From an uncultured bacterium (GTDB lineage Bacteria; Zhuqueibacterota; QNDG01; JAGLOF01), in the NCBI GenBank assembly GCA_964621645.1, contig CAZUMH010000002.1, forward strand, positions 8,928-72,927: a stretch of 64,000 bases of DNA. The letters run 5' to 3'. Both the position numbers and the translations under genes were made by a program. Numbering within the stretch: the first letter of the stretch is position 1; the number at the start of each line of letters is the position of its first letter. A model generated the notes under the pieces. It was not told where the DNA came from and ran no database searches. It saw nothing but the letters and a program-made list of their open reading frames with translations. Shown here piece by piece: positions 40,623 through 49,138 of the stretch.

Positions 40623-40731
40623 TTACGAGTCATCCAAATCCAAAGACAAACGAGAAAAAAGTGCTTGAATTCCCGGCGCCGGGCCAGTAACTTATCCCAA
40701 TTATATCGGACTCTTTCAGATGGAGCTAGGC

Positions 40732-41490
40732 ATGAATTACTTTACGAGAAACGAGATCCCCCCTTTCCGAAAACCGTGGCAGAGAGCGACGTTCGTTTTT
40801 CCCATCGCTCTCTTTGCTGTTTTCATCCTCATGAAGATTTTTCTGCCTGAGGTCTACCTGGCCCAGGTGCACGAGGATTCCGTGGTCGAATACACGCAGG
40901 CTCTCTTCTATCTGGCGGCCGCGGTGCTGGCCGCGGTCGGGGCCTTGGCTTTCTCCCGCCGGGGGGAGCACTTCGGCAGCGCGGTCTTCCTGATCCTGGC
41001 CCTGGGATTCTTCTTGGTCTGCGGGGATGAGATAAGCTGGGGGCAGCGTCTCTTTCACTTTGGCAATCCACGCATCTTCGCAGAGTACAACGTGCAGGAC
41101 GAGACCTCCTTGCACAACCTGAACATAGTGCAGCCATTCCTACACAAGATCTACATCCTGGTGGGATTCCTGGGCGCCTTTGCCTGGAAACTCATGCCGA
41201 TGCGCTGGCGGGGCTGGCGGGGCGGCCTGCCCGAATACCTTATCCCGGACTGGTTTCTGGCGCCCTACTTTTTCTTCGTGCTCTTGGTCTACGGCTACTT
41301 CGATCTCCTGCGGCCGATCTTCGCAGGCCTCTTGAAGATCCAGTCCATGGACATCGGAGGGTTTCTCATCTGGCGCGATCAGGAGCCGCCCGAACTGCTT
41401 TTAGCAGTGGGATTCACCCTGCTCATGCTGCGGGCGCTGGGGAAAATCCGCACTCTCCGGCCCGGTCGAGAGGGAAGCCCATCCACATAG
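40732..41490 (+). CDS. Hypothetical 6-TM integral membrane protein
   Basis: Six hydrophobic helices of about 20 aa each; no recognisable catalytic motif. Confidence 0.45.
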   Translation: MNYFTRNEIPPFRKPWQRATFVFPIALFAVFILMKIFLPEVYLAQVHEDSVVEYTQALFYLAAAVLAAVGALAFSRRGEHFGSAVFLILALGFFLVCGDEISWGQRLFHFGNPRIFAEYNVQDETSLHNLNIVQPFLHKIYILVGFLGAFAWKLMPMRWRGWRGGLPEYLIPDWFLAPYFFFVLLVYGYFDLLRPIFAGLLKIQSMDIGGFLIWRDQEPPELLLAVGFTLLMLRALGKIRTLRPGREGSPST

Positions 41491-41621
41491 AGGAGGGGAG
41501 CGCCGTCCCGGTGCCTATAAGAAAGGGTGAAGAGTGTTCCCATCAAAATGTGCGGATGAACCGCATCCAAACACATAAGATACAGAGAAGAGAAGGGGGA
41601 TCAGTGAGGAAGCAGACGGAG

Positions 41622-41867
41622 ATGGAACGCATCCCCGGAGTGGGACCCAGTATCGCCCGGGACCTGAAGGAAATGGGATATCGAAACCCTTCCGACCTTC
41701 GGGGAGAGGACCCGGAGAAGATGTACTGGCAGCTCTGCAACCTGCGGGGCCAGCAAATGGATCGCTGTGTACTGTACGTCTTCCGCTGCGCGGTATATTT
41801 TGCATCAGCTGAAGAGCATGATCCTGAGCTGCTTAAATGGTGGAACTGGAAAGATATCAATCCCTGA
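41622..41867 (+). CDS. Helix-hairpin-helix protein of the Cdd1 'pathogenicity locus' family
   Basis: IPGVGPSIARDLKEMGY HhH motif; about 80 aa as for the family; SD GACGGAG before ATG 41622. Confidence 0.5.
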   Translation: MERIPGVGPSIARDLKEMGYRNPSDLRGEDPEKMYWQLCNLRGQQMDRCVLYVFRCAVYFASAEEHDPELLKWWNWKDINP

Positions 41868-41912
41868 ATCCATCCCATATCATAAGAGAATAGGGGCAAG
41901 GAGAATGTTGAG

Positions 41913-43166
41913 ATGGATATGATTATGATCGAACAGCTTGCGATTTCTTTGGGACTGGGACTGTTGGTCGGGCTGGAAAGGGAGTGGCTGCCTACCAAAA
42001 AAGAAGCCGGCATCAGGACTTTTGCCCTGATCACTCTTTTAGGCACGGTGTGCGCCTGGCTGTCGCGGCAGTTTAGCGGCGTCCTGGCGGTAGGCCTGGT
42101 GGCGGTGGCCATGACTCTCTTTCTGGGACAGTATCTTCGCGTCAGAATGGGAGATGCCCGGGACTACGGTATTACCACCGAGATCGCGGCCTTGGTGATG
42201 TTCGGAGTCGGGGCTCTGCTGGTAATCGCTCCACTACCTCTGGCAGTGATTATCGGCGGCTGTGTTGCCGTGCTTTTGCAGTGGAAAAGGGGACTGCATG
42301 GTCTGGTCCAGCGTATCGGTGATAATGAGATCCGTGCCGTCAGCCGTCTCATCCTCATCTGGCTCATCATTCTTCCGGTTATGCCCAACCGGACCTTTGG
42401 GCCTTACGATGTCCTCAATCCTTACCAGATCTGGCTGATGGTGGTCCTTATTGTTGGACTCAGTCTGGGAGGATATATCGCCTACCGGGCTTTTGGCGCC
42501 AGGGCCGGGACCTTGCTGGCTGGACTGTTCGGCGGTCTTATTTCCAGTACAGCGACATCGGTAAGCTACTCCCGCCGTTCCCGCATGCCCGAGGCTTCCA
42601 CGGCCTTGATCGCACTGGTAATTATGATAGCTTCCGGCATCGTCTTCGCGCGGGTGACTTTTGAGATATTCATAGTGGCGCCGGAATTTCTCACGAAAAT
42701 GGCACCTCCGCTTCTCACTCTGATGCTGCTGATACTCCTGATATCCGTTGTTTTCTGGCTGTATGGAGGTAGAGGCGCGACGAAACCTTTGCCGATGGAG
42801 AAGGACCCGGCCCAGTTGAAGACAGCCGTTATTTTCGGATTGCTCTACGCGCTGATACTCTTCGCGGTCGCCGCAGCCAGAGAATATCTGGGAAGGCGGG
42901 GATTGTACCTGGTCTCAGCCATATCGGGGCTCACCGATGCCGACGCCATAACCCTGAGTACGGCCCATATGGTGAAGACCGGAAAAGTCGCGCTTGACAC
43001 CGGCTGGCGAATGATTCTTCTGGGAGCGTTATGCAACGTGCTTTTTAAAGGGGGAATCGTGGCGGTTCTGGGATCGCCGCGGTTGTTCAGGAAGATAGCC
43101 GCCGGTTTCGGTGCCGCTATTATCGGCGGCGTTCTCATTCTGCTTTTCTGGCCGCCGGTAATTTGA
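41913..43166 (+). CDS. MgtC/SapB-family membrane protein with a C-terminal DUF4010-like multi-TM domain
   Basis: MgtC signature GLGLLVGLEREW...GIRT at the N-terminus; about 10 TM helices; 417 aa. Confidence 0.65.
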   Translation: MDMIMIEQLAISLGLGLLVGLEREWLPTKKEAGIRTFALITLLGTVCAWLSRQFSGVLAVGLVAVAMTLFLGQYLRVRMGDARDYGITTEIAALVMFGVGALLVIAPLPLAVIIGGCVAVLLQWKRGLHGLVQRIGDNEIRAVSRLILIWLIILPVMPNRTFGPYDVLNPYQIWLMVVLIVGLSLGGYIAYRAFGARAGTLLAGLFGGLISSTATSVSYSRRSRMPEASTALIALVIMIASGIVFARVTFEIFIVAPEFLTKMAPPLLTLMLLILLISVVFWLYGGRGATKPLPMEKDPAQLKTAVIFGLLYALILFAVAAAREYLGRRGLYLVSAISGLTDADAITLSTAHMVKTGKVALDTGWRMILLGALCNVLFKGGIVAVLGSPRLFRKIAAGFGAAIIGGVLILLFWPPVI

Positions 43167-43196
43167 GTCCAGGAGGGGCTGTATACAGAGACCCAA

Positions 43197-44198
43197 TTAT
43201 CTCCCCGGATCAGACTGAATCCAGCCGTTTTCCAGTCCGTAATCATCCAACCACTTTCTGGCCCGGCGATATTCACGTGAGGAGAGTCTCCTGTGCAGGG
43301 GAGGAATATTCACTGCTTGGTTGGCCGGGAAGTACTGGCTCATGAAACTGATATAGGTGGCGGGTGAGATCTCCCGGGTAATGAATTCAAGAACCCGGCG
43401 GGTAGCGGACAGATCTTCGGGAAGCAGCAGGTGCCTGATAATCAAACCGGAAACGGCGATGCCTTCTTCATCCATCACGAGGTCGCCGACCTGCAGGTAC
43501 ATCTCACGGATCGCAGTCTGATTAATGGATGGGTAGTCTGGAGCCGCTGAGCAGTGAAGAGCAGCTTCGGAGTCTCCATATTTCATATCCGGCAGGTAGA
43601 TATCCACAATACCCCGCAGCAGCCGCAGTGCTGTCAGTGATTCATACCCACCTGAGTTGTAGACAAGCGGAATCCGCAGTCCTCCTCTGTAGGCGAATAG
43701 CAGTGCTTCCATGATCTGGGGAACAAAATGGGTCGGGGTAACGAGGTTAATGTTGTGCGCCCCGGCCGTTTGCAGGCGGAGCATTCTGCGGGCCAAATCC
43801 TGCGGTTCAAGCGTTTCTCCATGACGCAGCTGACTGATGGGGTAGTTTTGGCAGAAGAGGCAGTGCAGGGAGCAGCCGGTAAAAAATATGGTGCCTGATC
43901 CACGGCTGCCGGATAGAGGCGGCTCTTCGCCGTGATGCAGATTATCAGATGAGACGACCAGTTCCCGGCCCATGCCGCATTCTCCCCGCTCATCAGCAGT
44001 TCTGTCAACGCCGCAATGACGGGGACAAACCCGGCACTTTTGCAGGAGGGCCATGGCGGCATCCAGCCGCTTTTCCAATCGTTCTATTTTGTCTTTCGTG
44101 CCCAGGATCATATTCCCGTCGTTTCCCCCGTAAAGAGAAGCTTCCATTCCCTCATGCAGACTGATTGGTGTCCCCTTAGGAAGCGGCATTGGGATCAT
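43197..44198 (-). CDS. Radical SAM enzyme of the PflA-like activase type, with an N-terminal CxxCPRxC...ECG Cys cluster (AmmeMemoRadiSam-like)
   Basis: CSLHCLFCQNY (CX3CX2C + QN), an N-terminal CRVCPRHCGVDR...GECG preamble, GEEP, and a Gly-rich SAM motif. Confidence 0.65.
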   Translation of the reverse strand: MIPMPLPKGTPISLHEGMEASLYGGNDGNMILGTKDKIERLEKRLDAAMALLQKCRVCPRHCGVDRTADERGECGMGRELVVSSDNLHHGEEPPLSGSRGSGTIFFTGCSLHCLFCQNYPISQLRHGETLEPQDLARRMLRLQTAGAHNINLVTPTHFVPQIMEALLFAYRGGLRIPLVYNSGGYESLTALRLLRGIVDIYLPDMKYGDSEAALHCSAAPDYPSINQTAIREMYLQVGDLVMDEEGIAVSGLIIRHLLLPEDLSATRRVLEFITREISPATYISFMSQYFPANQAVNIPPLHRRLSSREYRRARKWLDDYGLENGWIQSDPGR

Positions 44199-44364
44199 CT
44201 TAATAATTCCCGCTTACTGTATTATGTCTTCCCTTCTATATAATATGCAACACCATGCTCCTGATGAACGACGCTGGCTAAACCAAGCGGGATATGTTTT
44301 CTGGAAATAGTATACGGCAGGCAAGAGGGTGGTTTTCACAATACCATCAGTTTCGGTGCTCTTC

Positions 44365-44766
44365 CTAAACCTTGCCCAGAGAGAGATCGCCGCTCAGTTT
44401 CAGGACATTTCCATCCTGGCTTACCTTCAGGTGCCGCCCGGGAAAGTGATTTTTGAGACCACGGCGCAGAAAGGAGAGGGCGAATGTATAAACTTCTTTT
44501 TCAACCTCCGGAGGCACCCGCTCCAGGGTCGATATATGTATGTCGATAACATAGCCGCGTCCATGTTTGGAGCCGAGCCCAAGCGTGAATCCGGCGGCGA
44601 TGTCAAAAAGTCCGTCATGAGATTTGTTGGCGGTGGCGCCACGGGGACGGCGGGCAGGATGAAGGAGAAAACGGGAGCCGAATGTCTCTTCCAGCGCGTC
44701 GTCCAGAGCATCCAGCAGTTCTTTAAGGGATGTTTCCCAACGTTCCAGGGAAGGATGCTGTACCAT
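44365..44766 (-). CDS. Hypothetical protein (133 aa), co-directional between the SPOR-TPR gene and the radical SAM gene
   Basis: Protein-like composition and operon context; the overlapping + strand and other-frame ORFs look non-protein-like. Confidence 0.4.
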   Translation of the reverse strand: MVQHPSLERWETSLKELLDALDDALEETFGSRFLLHPARRPRGATANKSHDGLFDIAAGFTLGLGSKHGRGYVIDIHISTLERVPPEVEKEVYTFALSFLRRGLKNHFPGRHLKVSQDGNVLKLSGDLSLGKV

Positions 44767-44801
44767 AAAGGGTTCCGTGTCATTGGTGCTGTCAAGGACG
44801 A

Positions 44802-45629
44802 TTACAATTGTTCATCCCGTTGTCGCGAGACAAGGGTAAAGGGAGTGCCATACTTTTTTTTCAGCTGGTCACCAAACTTTCGCGCCTCTTCTGAATCGGT
44901 AAACGATCCGATCCAGACCAGATAGAGGAGCACATCGTCTTTGCGTTTTGTGGCGAGGCGGACCTGATAGCCTTTCTGTTCAAAGAATGATTTCCTGAGA
45001 AGGGCCCGCTGCTGTTGACTGAAGGCTCCTACCTGCACCACCCATTCCTGGCCGGATTCCTGAGGTTGGTCTCCCGGACCGAACCTTCCTCCCAGTGAGT
45101 CCAGGGCCGCGGCAGCCAATTCGGATATCTGATTCACCGTGTAGCGGTACGCGGCTTCCCGAAAGGCGAGTCCCGCCGAGTCCCGCTGCCCTAGAGCCAG
45201 ATAACATCGTCCCAGCCAATACCAACTCTCCTGAATATGTCCTGATCCTGGAAAGTGTTCACGCAACCCGATATATCGGCTGCGGGCCTGCTGGTAAAGA
45301 CCGCGGGCATAGGCCAGATGTCCCAGGCGAAGGAGGGCAAAATCACTATAAGAAAAGGAAGGATAATCTGTCAGCAGTTTATAATAGAGAACCGCGGCCG
45401 AGTCAGCCTGTATGGTAAGAAGGGCTTGCAAGAAAAGAGTCTCGGCAGGGGAATTATCCGGGGCCATTTTTTCGATCAGCGACCGGGCCTCTGCTATATG
45501 GCCCTGCTGCACCAGCTCCACCACCGAATTGATCGTCTGACCCCTGAGAAGGTTGCTGCCGAGTATGAAAAGCAGCGTCAGGAAAATCAGTTGCTTACGA
45601 GGACGCACAAGTATCTTCCTTCTCTGCAT
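44802..45629 (-). CDS. Signal peptide + TPR repeats + C-terminal SPOR (septal peptidoglycan-binding) domain protein
   Basis: C-terminal WVVQVGAFSQQQRA...YQVRLATKRKDDVLLYLVWIGSFTDSEEARKFGDQLKKKYG has the SPOR fold; TPRs sit centrally. Confidence 0.7.
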   Translation of the reverse strand: MQRRKILVRPRKQLIFLTLLFILGSNLLRGQTINSVVELVQQGHIAEARSLIEKMAPDNSPAETLFLQALLTIQADSAAVLYYKLLTDYPSFSYSDFALLRLGHLAYARGLYQQARSRYIGLREHFPGSGHIQESWYWLGRCYLALGQRDSAGLAFREAAYRYTVNQISELAAAALDSLGGRFGPGDQPQESGQEWVVQVGAFSQQQRALLRKSFFEQKGYQVRLATKRKDDVLLYLVWIGSFTDSEEARKFGDQLKKKYGTPFTLVSRQRDEQL

Positions 45630-45640
45630 TCGAGCTTACG

Positions 45641-46774
45641 CTAAAAGGTATCCCAGCCGCCGCAGGAAGGACAACGCCAGATCAGTTCTTCCGTTTCGTG
45701 GCCGCAGGTCCGGCAGATATATTTAACCGCCTTGGCTTTTTGTACGGTGATGATTTCCAGCGCTTTTTTCAACGCTTCTTCACAGCTGCCCTGTTCGTTA
45801 AGCAGAGTTACCAAAAGATATTTTGTTTCCATCGATTCAGGGAAGGAGGCAAGAACATCACGGCACTGTTGAACCGCCTTGCCCATACTGCCCTGTTTCT
45901 GATAGAATTCCGCCAACTGTAAAGCCGCGTGTGGATTCCCGGGTTTTTTACTGATTACCTTTTGATAGATTTTTTCCATTTCACTGAACTGTCCCAGATC
46001 GAAGAGAACTTCTCGCAGTCTGGAAAAGGCCAGGTGGGCCTCAGCGGGGATTTTTTCCGTGAATTCCCGCCATTCATGCAGGGCGTCATGGTCCCGATCC
46101 TCCCTGCGGTAAGAGTCGCCAATATAGAGGTACGCGGGGATGCATTTGCGATCGATCTTTAAGGCCTCCCGGTAGCGGATCCGGCTCTCCCGCTCGGATC
46201 CATTCTCAGCCAGAGCCAGTCCCGACTGTACCTTATATAGGGCTAAAAGGTGCTGATCCCCCTTCTTTTGCCACTTGTTGAGGCTCTGCCTGTAAAAGAA
46301 GGCCTTATCCCAATCATGCTTCTCTTCGTAGGCAGAGAGCAGCAGTTTTTGATATTCCCTGTTTTTCTTGTCTTTTTCTATGAGCCGTTCTGCCATCTCT
46401 ACAGCCCGGTCCAGGGCGCCGTATTCCCGGTAGTCTTTCACCAGATGAAACAGAACAAGGCGCGTCTGTTTTTCATTGAGATCACCCCGGACCAGAAGAT
46501 TACGGTGTATTTTTGCTCCCAGAAGCGGATTGCCCTTGCGTCTGTAAATATCGCCCAGCTGGATATAGGCCATAATATTATCACTGTCCAGTCGTACCGT
46601 GCGCTTCAGATCTTCCAGGGCGTCGTCCTCCCGGCCCTCCAGCAATTTATGTAGCGCTTCCAGGTAGGGACTGGCAGCCCGAGATGTATGCTTCCGGCGT
46701 CGCCCCGCCAGCAGGCCGATGACGACAATAATCACGAGTGCGGCTCCCGCCGCGATGAGTAGAGTGGTACTCAT
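45641..46774 (-). CDS. lapB: LapB (YciM): lipopolysaccharide assembly protein B, with TPRs and a C-terminal rubredoxin-like zinc finger
   Basis: N-terminal TM, 9 TPR-like repeats, C-terminal YICRTCGHETEELIWRCPSCGGW. Confidence 0.8.
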   Translation of the reverse strand: MSTTLLIAAGAALVIIVVIGLLAGRRRKHTSRAASPYLEALHKLLEGREDDALEDLKRTVRLDSDNIMAYIQLGDIYRRKGNPLLGAKIHRNLLVRGDLNEKQTRLVLFHLVKDYREYGALDRAVEMAERLIEKDKKNREYQKLLLSAYEEKHDWDKAFFYRQSLNKWQKKGDQHLLALYKVQSGLALAENGSERESRIRYREALKIDRKCIPAYLYIGDSYRREDRDHDALHEWREFTEKIPAEAHLAFSRLREVLFDLGQFSEMEKIYQKVISKKPGNPHAALQLAEFYQKQGSMGKAVQQCRDVLASFPESMETKYLLVTLLNEQGSCEEALKKALEIITVQKAKAVKYICRTCGHETEELIWRCPSCGGWDTF

Positions 46775-46795
46775 TCACCTGTCCTCAGATTTTTT

Positions 46796-47149
46796 TTACT
46801 GTTCAGCGGCCGGTTCTGCAGGTAATTCTTCTTCTTTGTCGGCTGATTCCTCGGTGACCAGTTCATCGATGTCGATATTGCGCAACCGGCTGATCTCTTC
46901 CCGTAGTTTACGGTTTTCCCGCTGCAGTTTGAGTATTGCGCCTTTTTGTTTCAGGATATTGAATATCGAAACCAGCGCCCAGAAAAGCAGACCGATCCCA
47001 AAGGAGATATAGAGAAGGATGTAAAGCGGTATTTGGGGGGAAGTCCAGTTAATGATAGTTACAGATGCTGAAGTATCCTGATTCTGCAGGGCAAAACCCA
47101 GCACCGCGAGTATGATAATTGCTCCAAGAATCCAACGTACTATCCACAT
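46796..47149 (-). CDS. lapA: LapA (YciS)-like inner-membrane protein (DUF1049)
   Basis: Two TM helices then a short coiled coil (LQRENRKLREEISRL); immediately upstream of lapB as in E. coli. Confidence 0.6.
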   Translation of the reverse strand: MWIVRWILGAIIILAVLGFALQNQDTSASVTIINWTSPQIPLYILLYISFGIGLLFWALVSIFNILKQKGAILKLQRENRKLREEISRLRNIDIDELVTEESADKEEELPAEPAAEQ

Positions 47150-48504
47150 AATTTCCTCCGGGATTTAGGTGCGGAATAAACCGAATCGGAAGCAAGAGGG
47201 ATCCCCCGCAAGGTTGATCCGGCCAGAGAAGTGATCCGCACTATCGTACGTTCACCGGGATGCAGATCCCGGCCGGGAAATATAACTGCCTGGTCGGTAC
47301 GGCTCCGGCCCATCCACTCGGACGGATTCTGTTTGCTGGGGATTTCGACCATTACCTCCACGGTCTTTCCGATCAGTTCTTTTTTTATTTCCAGTGAAAT
47401 ATTTCTTTGCAAATCAATAAGCAGCCGCAGGCGCTCCAGCCGGATTTCATCGGGCAGCTGATCCGGCATCGATGCGGCAGGTGTACCGCTGCGGGGCGAG
47501 AAATGGTAGGTGAAGGCGTCCTGAAAACGCACTTCGCTCACCAGGCGGCAGGTATCTTCGAATTCTGCTTCAGTCTCGCCGGGAAAGCCTACCATAATAT
47601 CCGTAGTCAGGGCGACATCCGGTATTACACGGCGAATATTCGCCACCAGGTTCAGGTAATCCGCGGAAGAGTACCCGCGATTCATGCGCCGCAGGATTCG
47701 GTCGGATCCAGCCTGAAGCGGCAGATGAATATGTTCGCAGATATTATCCCCGTCGGCGATCACCTCTAACAGTTTTGGAGAAAGATCTTTTGGGTGCGAG
47801 GTCAGAAAGCGAAGCCTGGGAATTGCGGCAGAAGAAGAAATCCGTCCCAGCAGTCCCGGAAAGTCGATCACGCCGTCCTGATAGGAGTTCACGTTCTGTC
47901 CAAGCAGTGTTAATTCACGATATCCCTGCCGTTCCAGGAGTGCTATCTCCCTCAGAATTTCATTCGCAGGGCGGCTGCGCTCCCTTCCCCGGGTGTAGGG
48001 AACGATACAGTAGGAACAGAAATTATTGCAGCCGCGCATGATGGTCAGCCAGGCTGAAAGCCCTCCTTCACGCCGGGGAGTGATGCCTTCGTAGAGTTCC
48101 TTGTGGTCCAGACGGGAGTGGCAGGAGGCAGCTGATGTTCCGAGAAGTTCGGGAAGGTCCCGGTAGGAGTCGGGTCCGACCACCAGATCCAGGTGGGGTT
48201 TTATGGTCAGAAGTTCATCTCCCAACCGCTGGGCCATACAGCCGATGACTCCGAGGCGGCGGCCCTTTTTCTTCTCTTTCCAGCCGGCCAGAGAGGATAT
48301 CCGTCCCAGGGCCCGGTCTTCAGCGTGCTGCCGAACCGAGCAGGTATTGATAAGAAGGAGGTCCGCCGTTTCTGGTGAAGCAGCCTTGCGCCAGCCGTTT
48401 CTCGCCAGGATGCTTTCCACTATTTCCGTGTCGCTCTTGTTCATCTGGCAGCCATATGTCTCAATGAAAACAGCCGGCTGTCCTATTTGTCTTGATTCAT
48501 CCAT
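47140..48504 (-). CDS. miaB: tRNA-i6A37 methylthiotransferase MiaB (radical SAM MTTase). Start is ATG at 48504; the ORF track extends to 48624.
   Basis: MTTase N-domain (FIETYGCQMNKSDTE), radical SAM CNNFCSYCIVPYTRG, TRAM domain. Confidence 0.9.
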   Translation of the reverse strand: MDESRQIGQPAVFIETYGCQMNKSDTEIVESILARNGWRKAASPETADLLLINTCSVRQHAEDRALGRISSLAGWKEKKKGRRLGVIGCMAQRLGDELLTIKPHLDLVVGPDSYRDLPELLGTSAASCHSRLDHKELYEGITPRREGGLSAWLTIMRGCNNFCSYCIVPYTRGRERSRPANEILREIALLERQGYRELTLLGQNVNSYQDGVIDFPGLLGRISSSAAIPRLRFLTSHPKDLSPKLLEVIADGDNICEHIHLPLQAGSDRILRRMNRGYSSADYLNLVANIRRVIPDVALTTDIMVGFPGETEAEFEDTCRLVSEVRFQDAFTYHFSPRSGTPAASMPDQLPDEIRLERLRLLIDLQRNISLEIKKELIGKTVEVMVEIPSKQNPSEWMGRSRTDQAVIFPGRDLHPGERTIVRITSLAGSTLRGIPLASDSVYSAPKSRRKLCG

Positions 48505-48640
48505 GAGTAGTAAAATGTAGCGGAAAAAGGTGGTAAATGCAAATTTTTTCTTAGGCCGGGGCAGAGTCTGCGGCTCGATATGTCTGGAGATAGTGGGAAG
48601 ACGAATGCCGGCGCATCCGATCAACCGCTCCAGGAAGTGA

Positions 48641-49138
48641 TCAAGGCTGTATTTGTTTTACATAGATATACTTGGAGTCTCCGGGGGCGTAAAAATCCGG
48701 GAGCACGGCGGCTTCCATATAACCGCAGCGCAGGTAGAAGCTGCGGGTGGGCCGATAGAGATCGAGCCCGGAAGTCTCGATGTAGATCCTCGTGCCTCCC
48801 AGGTCTCGGATCCGCTCTTCCGTCCGGACGATGAGCACCTTACCGAGGCCGGCCCCCTGGGCGTCGGGATGAACGGCGATCCAATAGAGATCGTAACTGG
48901 AGCTGGTGACCGGGATAGGGCCGAAACAGGTATATCCGAGCACGATCCCGCCCCGCTCGGCAAAGATAAAGTGGTAGCCGCTGGCCAGATCCTTTTCCAG
49001 TCTTTCGCGGGCCAGTTCAGCGGCGAGGTCGATCTCATCCTCCGAAAAATACTTGGTGGCGCCGACAATCCGGCGGATGGACGCTTCGTCATCCGGTCCG
49101 ATGGTTTCACGATAGCTGATTTCTTCTGGTACCGCCAT
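48641..49138 (-). CDS. GNAT-family N-acetyltransferase (165 aa)
   Basis: Acetyl-CoA motif A (QGAGLGKVLI) and motif B; 32-nt overlap with the upstream gene. Confidence 0.75.
   Translation of the reverse strand: MAVPEEISYRETIGPDDEASIRRIVGATKYFSEDEIDLAAELARERLEKDLASGYHFIFAERGGIVLGYTCFGPIPVTSSSYDLYWIAVHPDAQGAGLGKVLIVRTEERIRDLGGTRIYIETSGLDLYRPTRSFYLRCGYMEAAVLPDFYAPGDSKYIYVKQIQP

Noticed and set aside
40726-41137. Two Pro/Arg-rich minus-strand ORFs (129 and 102 aa)
   Set aside because: Antisense to the 6-TM membrane protein gene in a locally GC-rich stretch; typical spurious high-GC reverse-frame ORFs.
44329-44925. 198-aa plus-strand ORF and 122-aa minus ORF (44427-44795), both overlapping the 133-aa minus gene
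   Set aside because: Compositionally non-protein-like. The co-directional minus-strand 44365-44766 ORF fits the operon, though its function is unknown.
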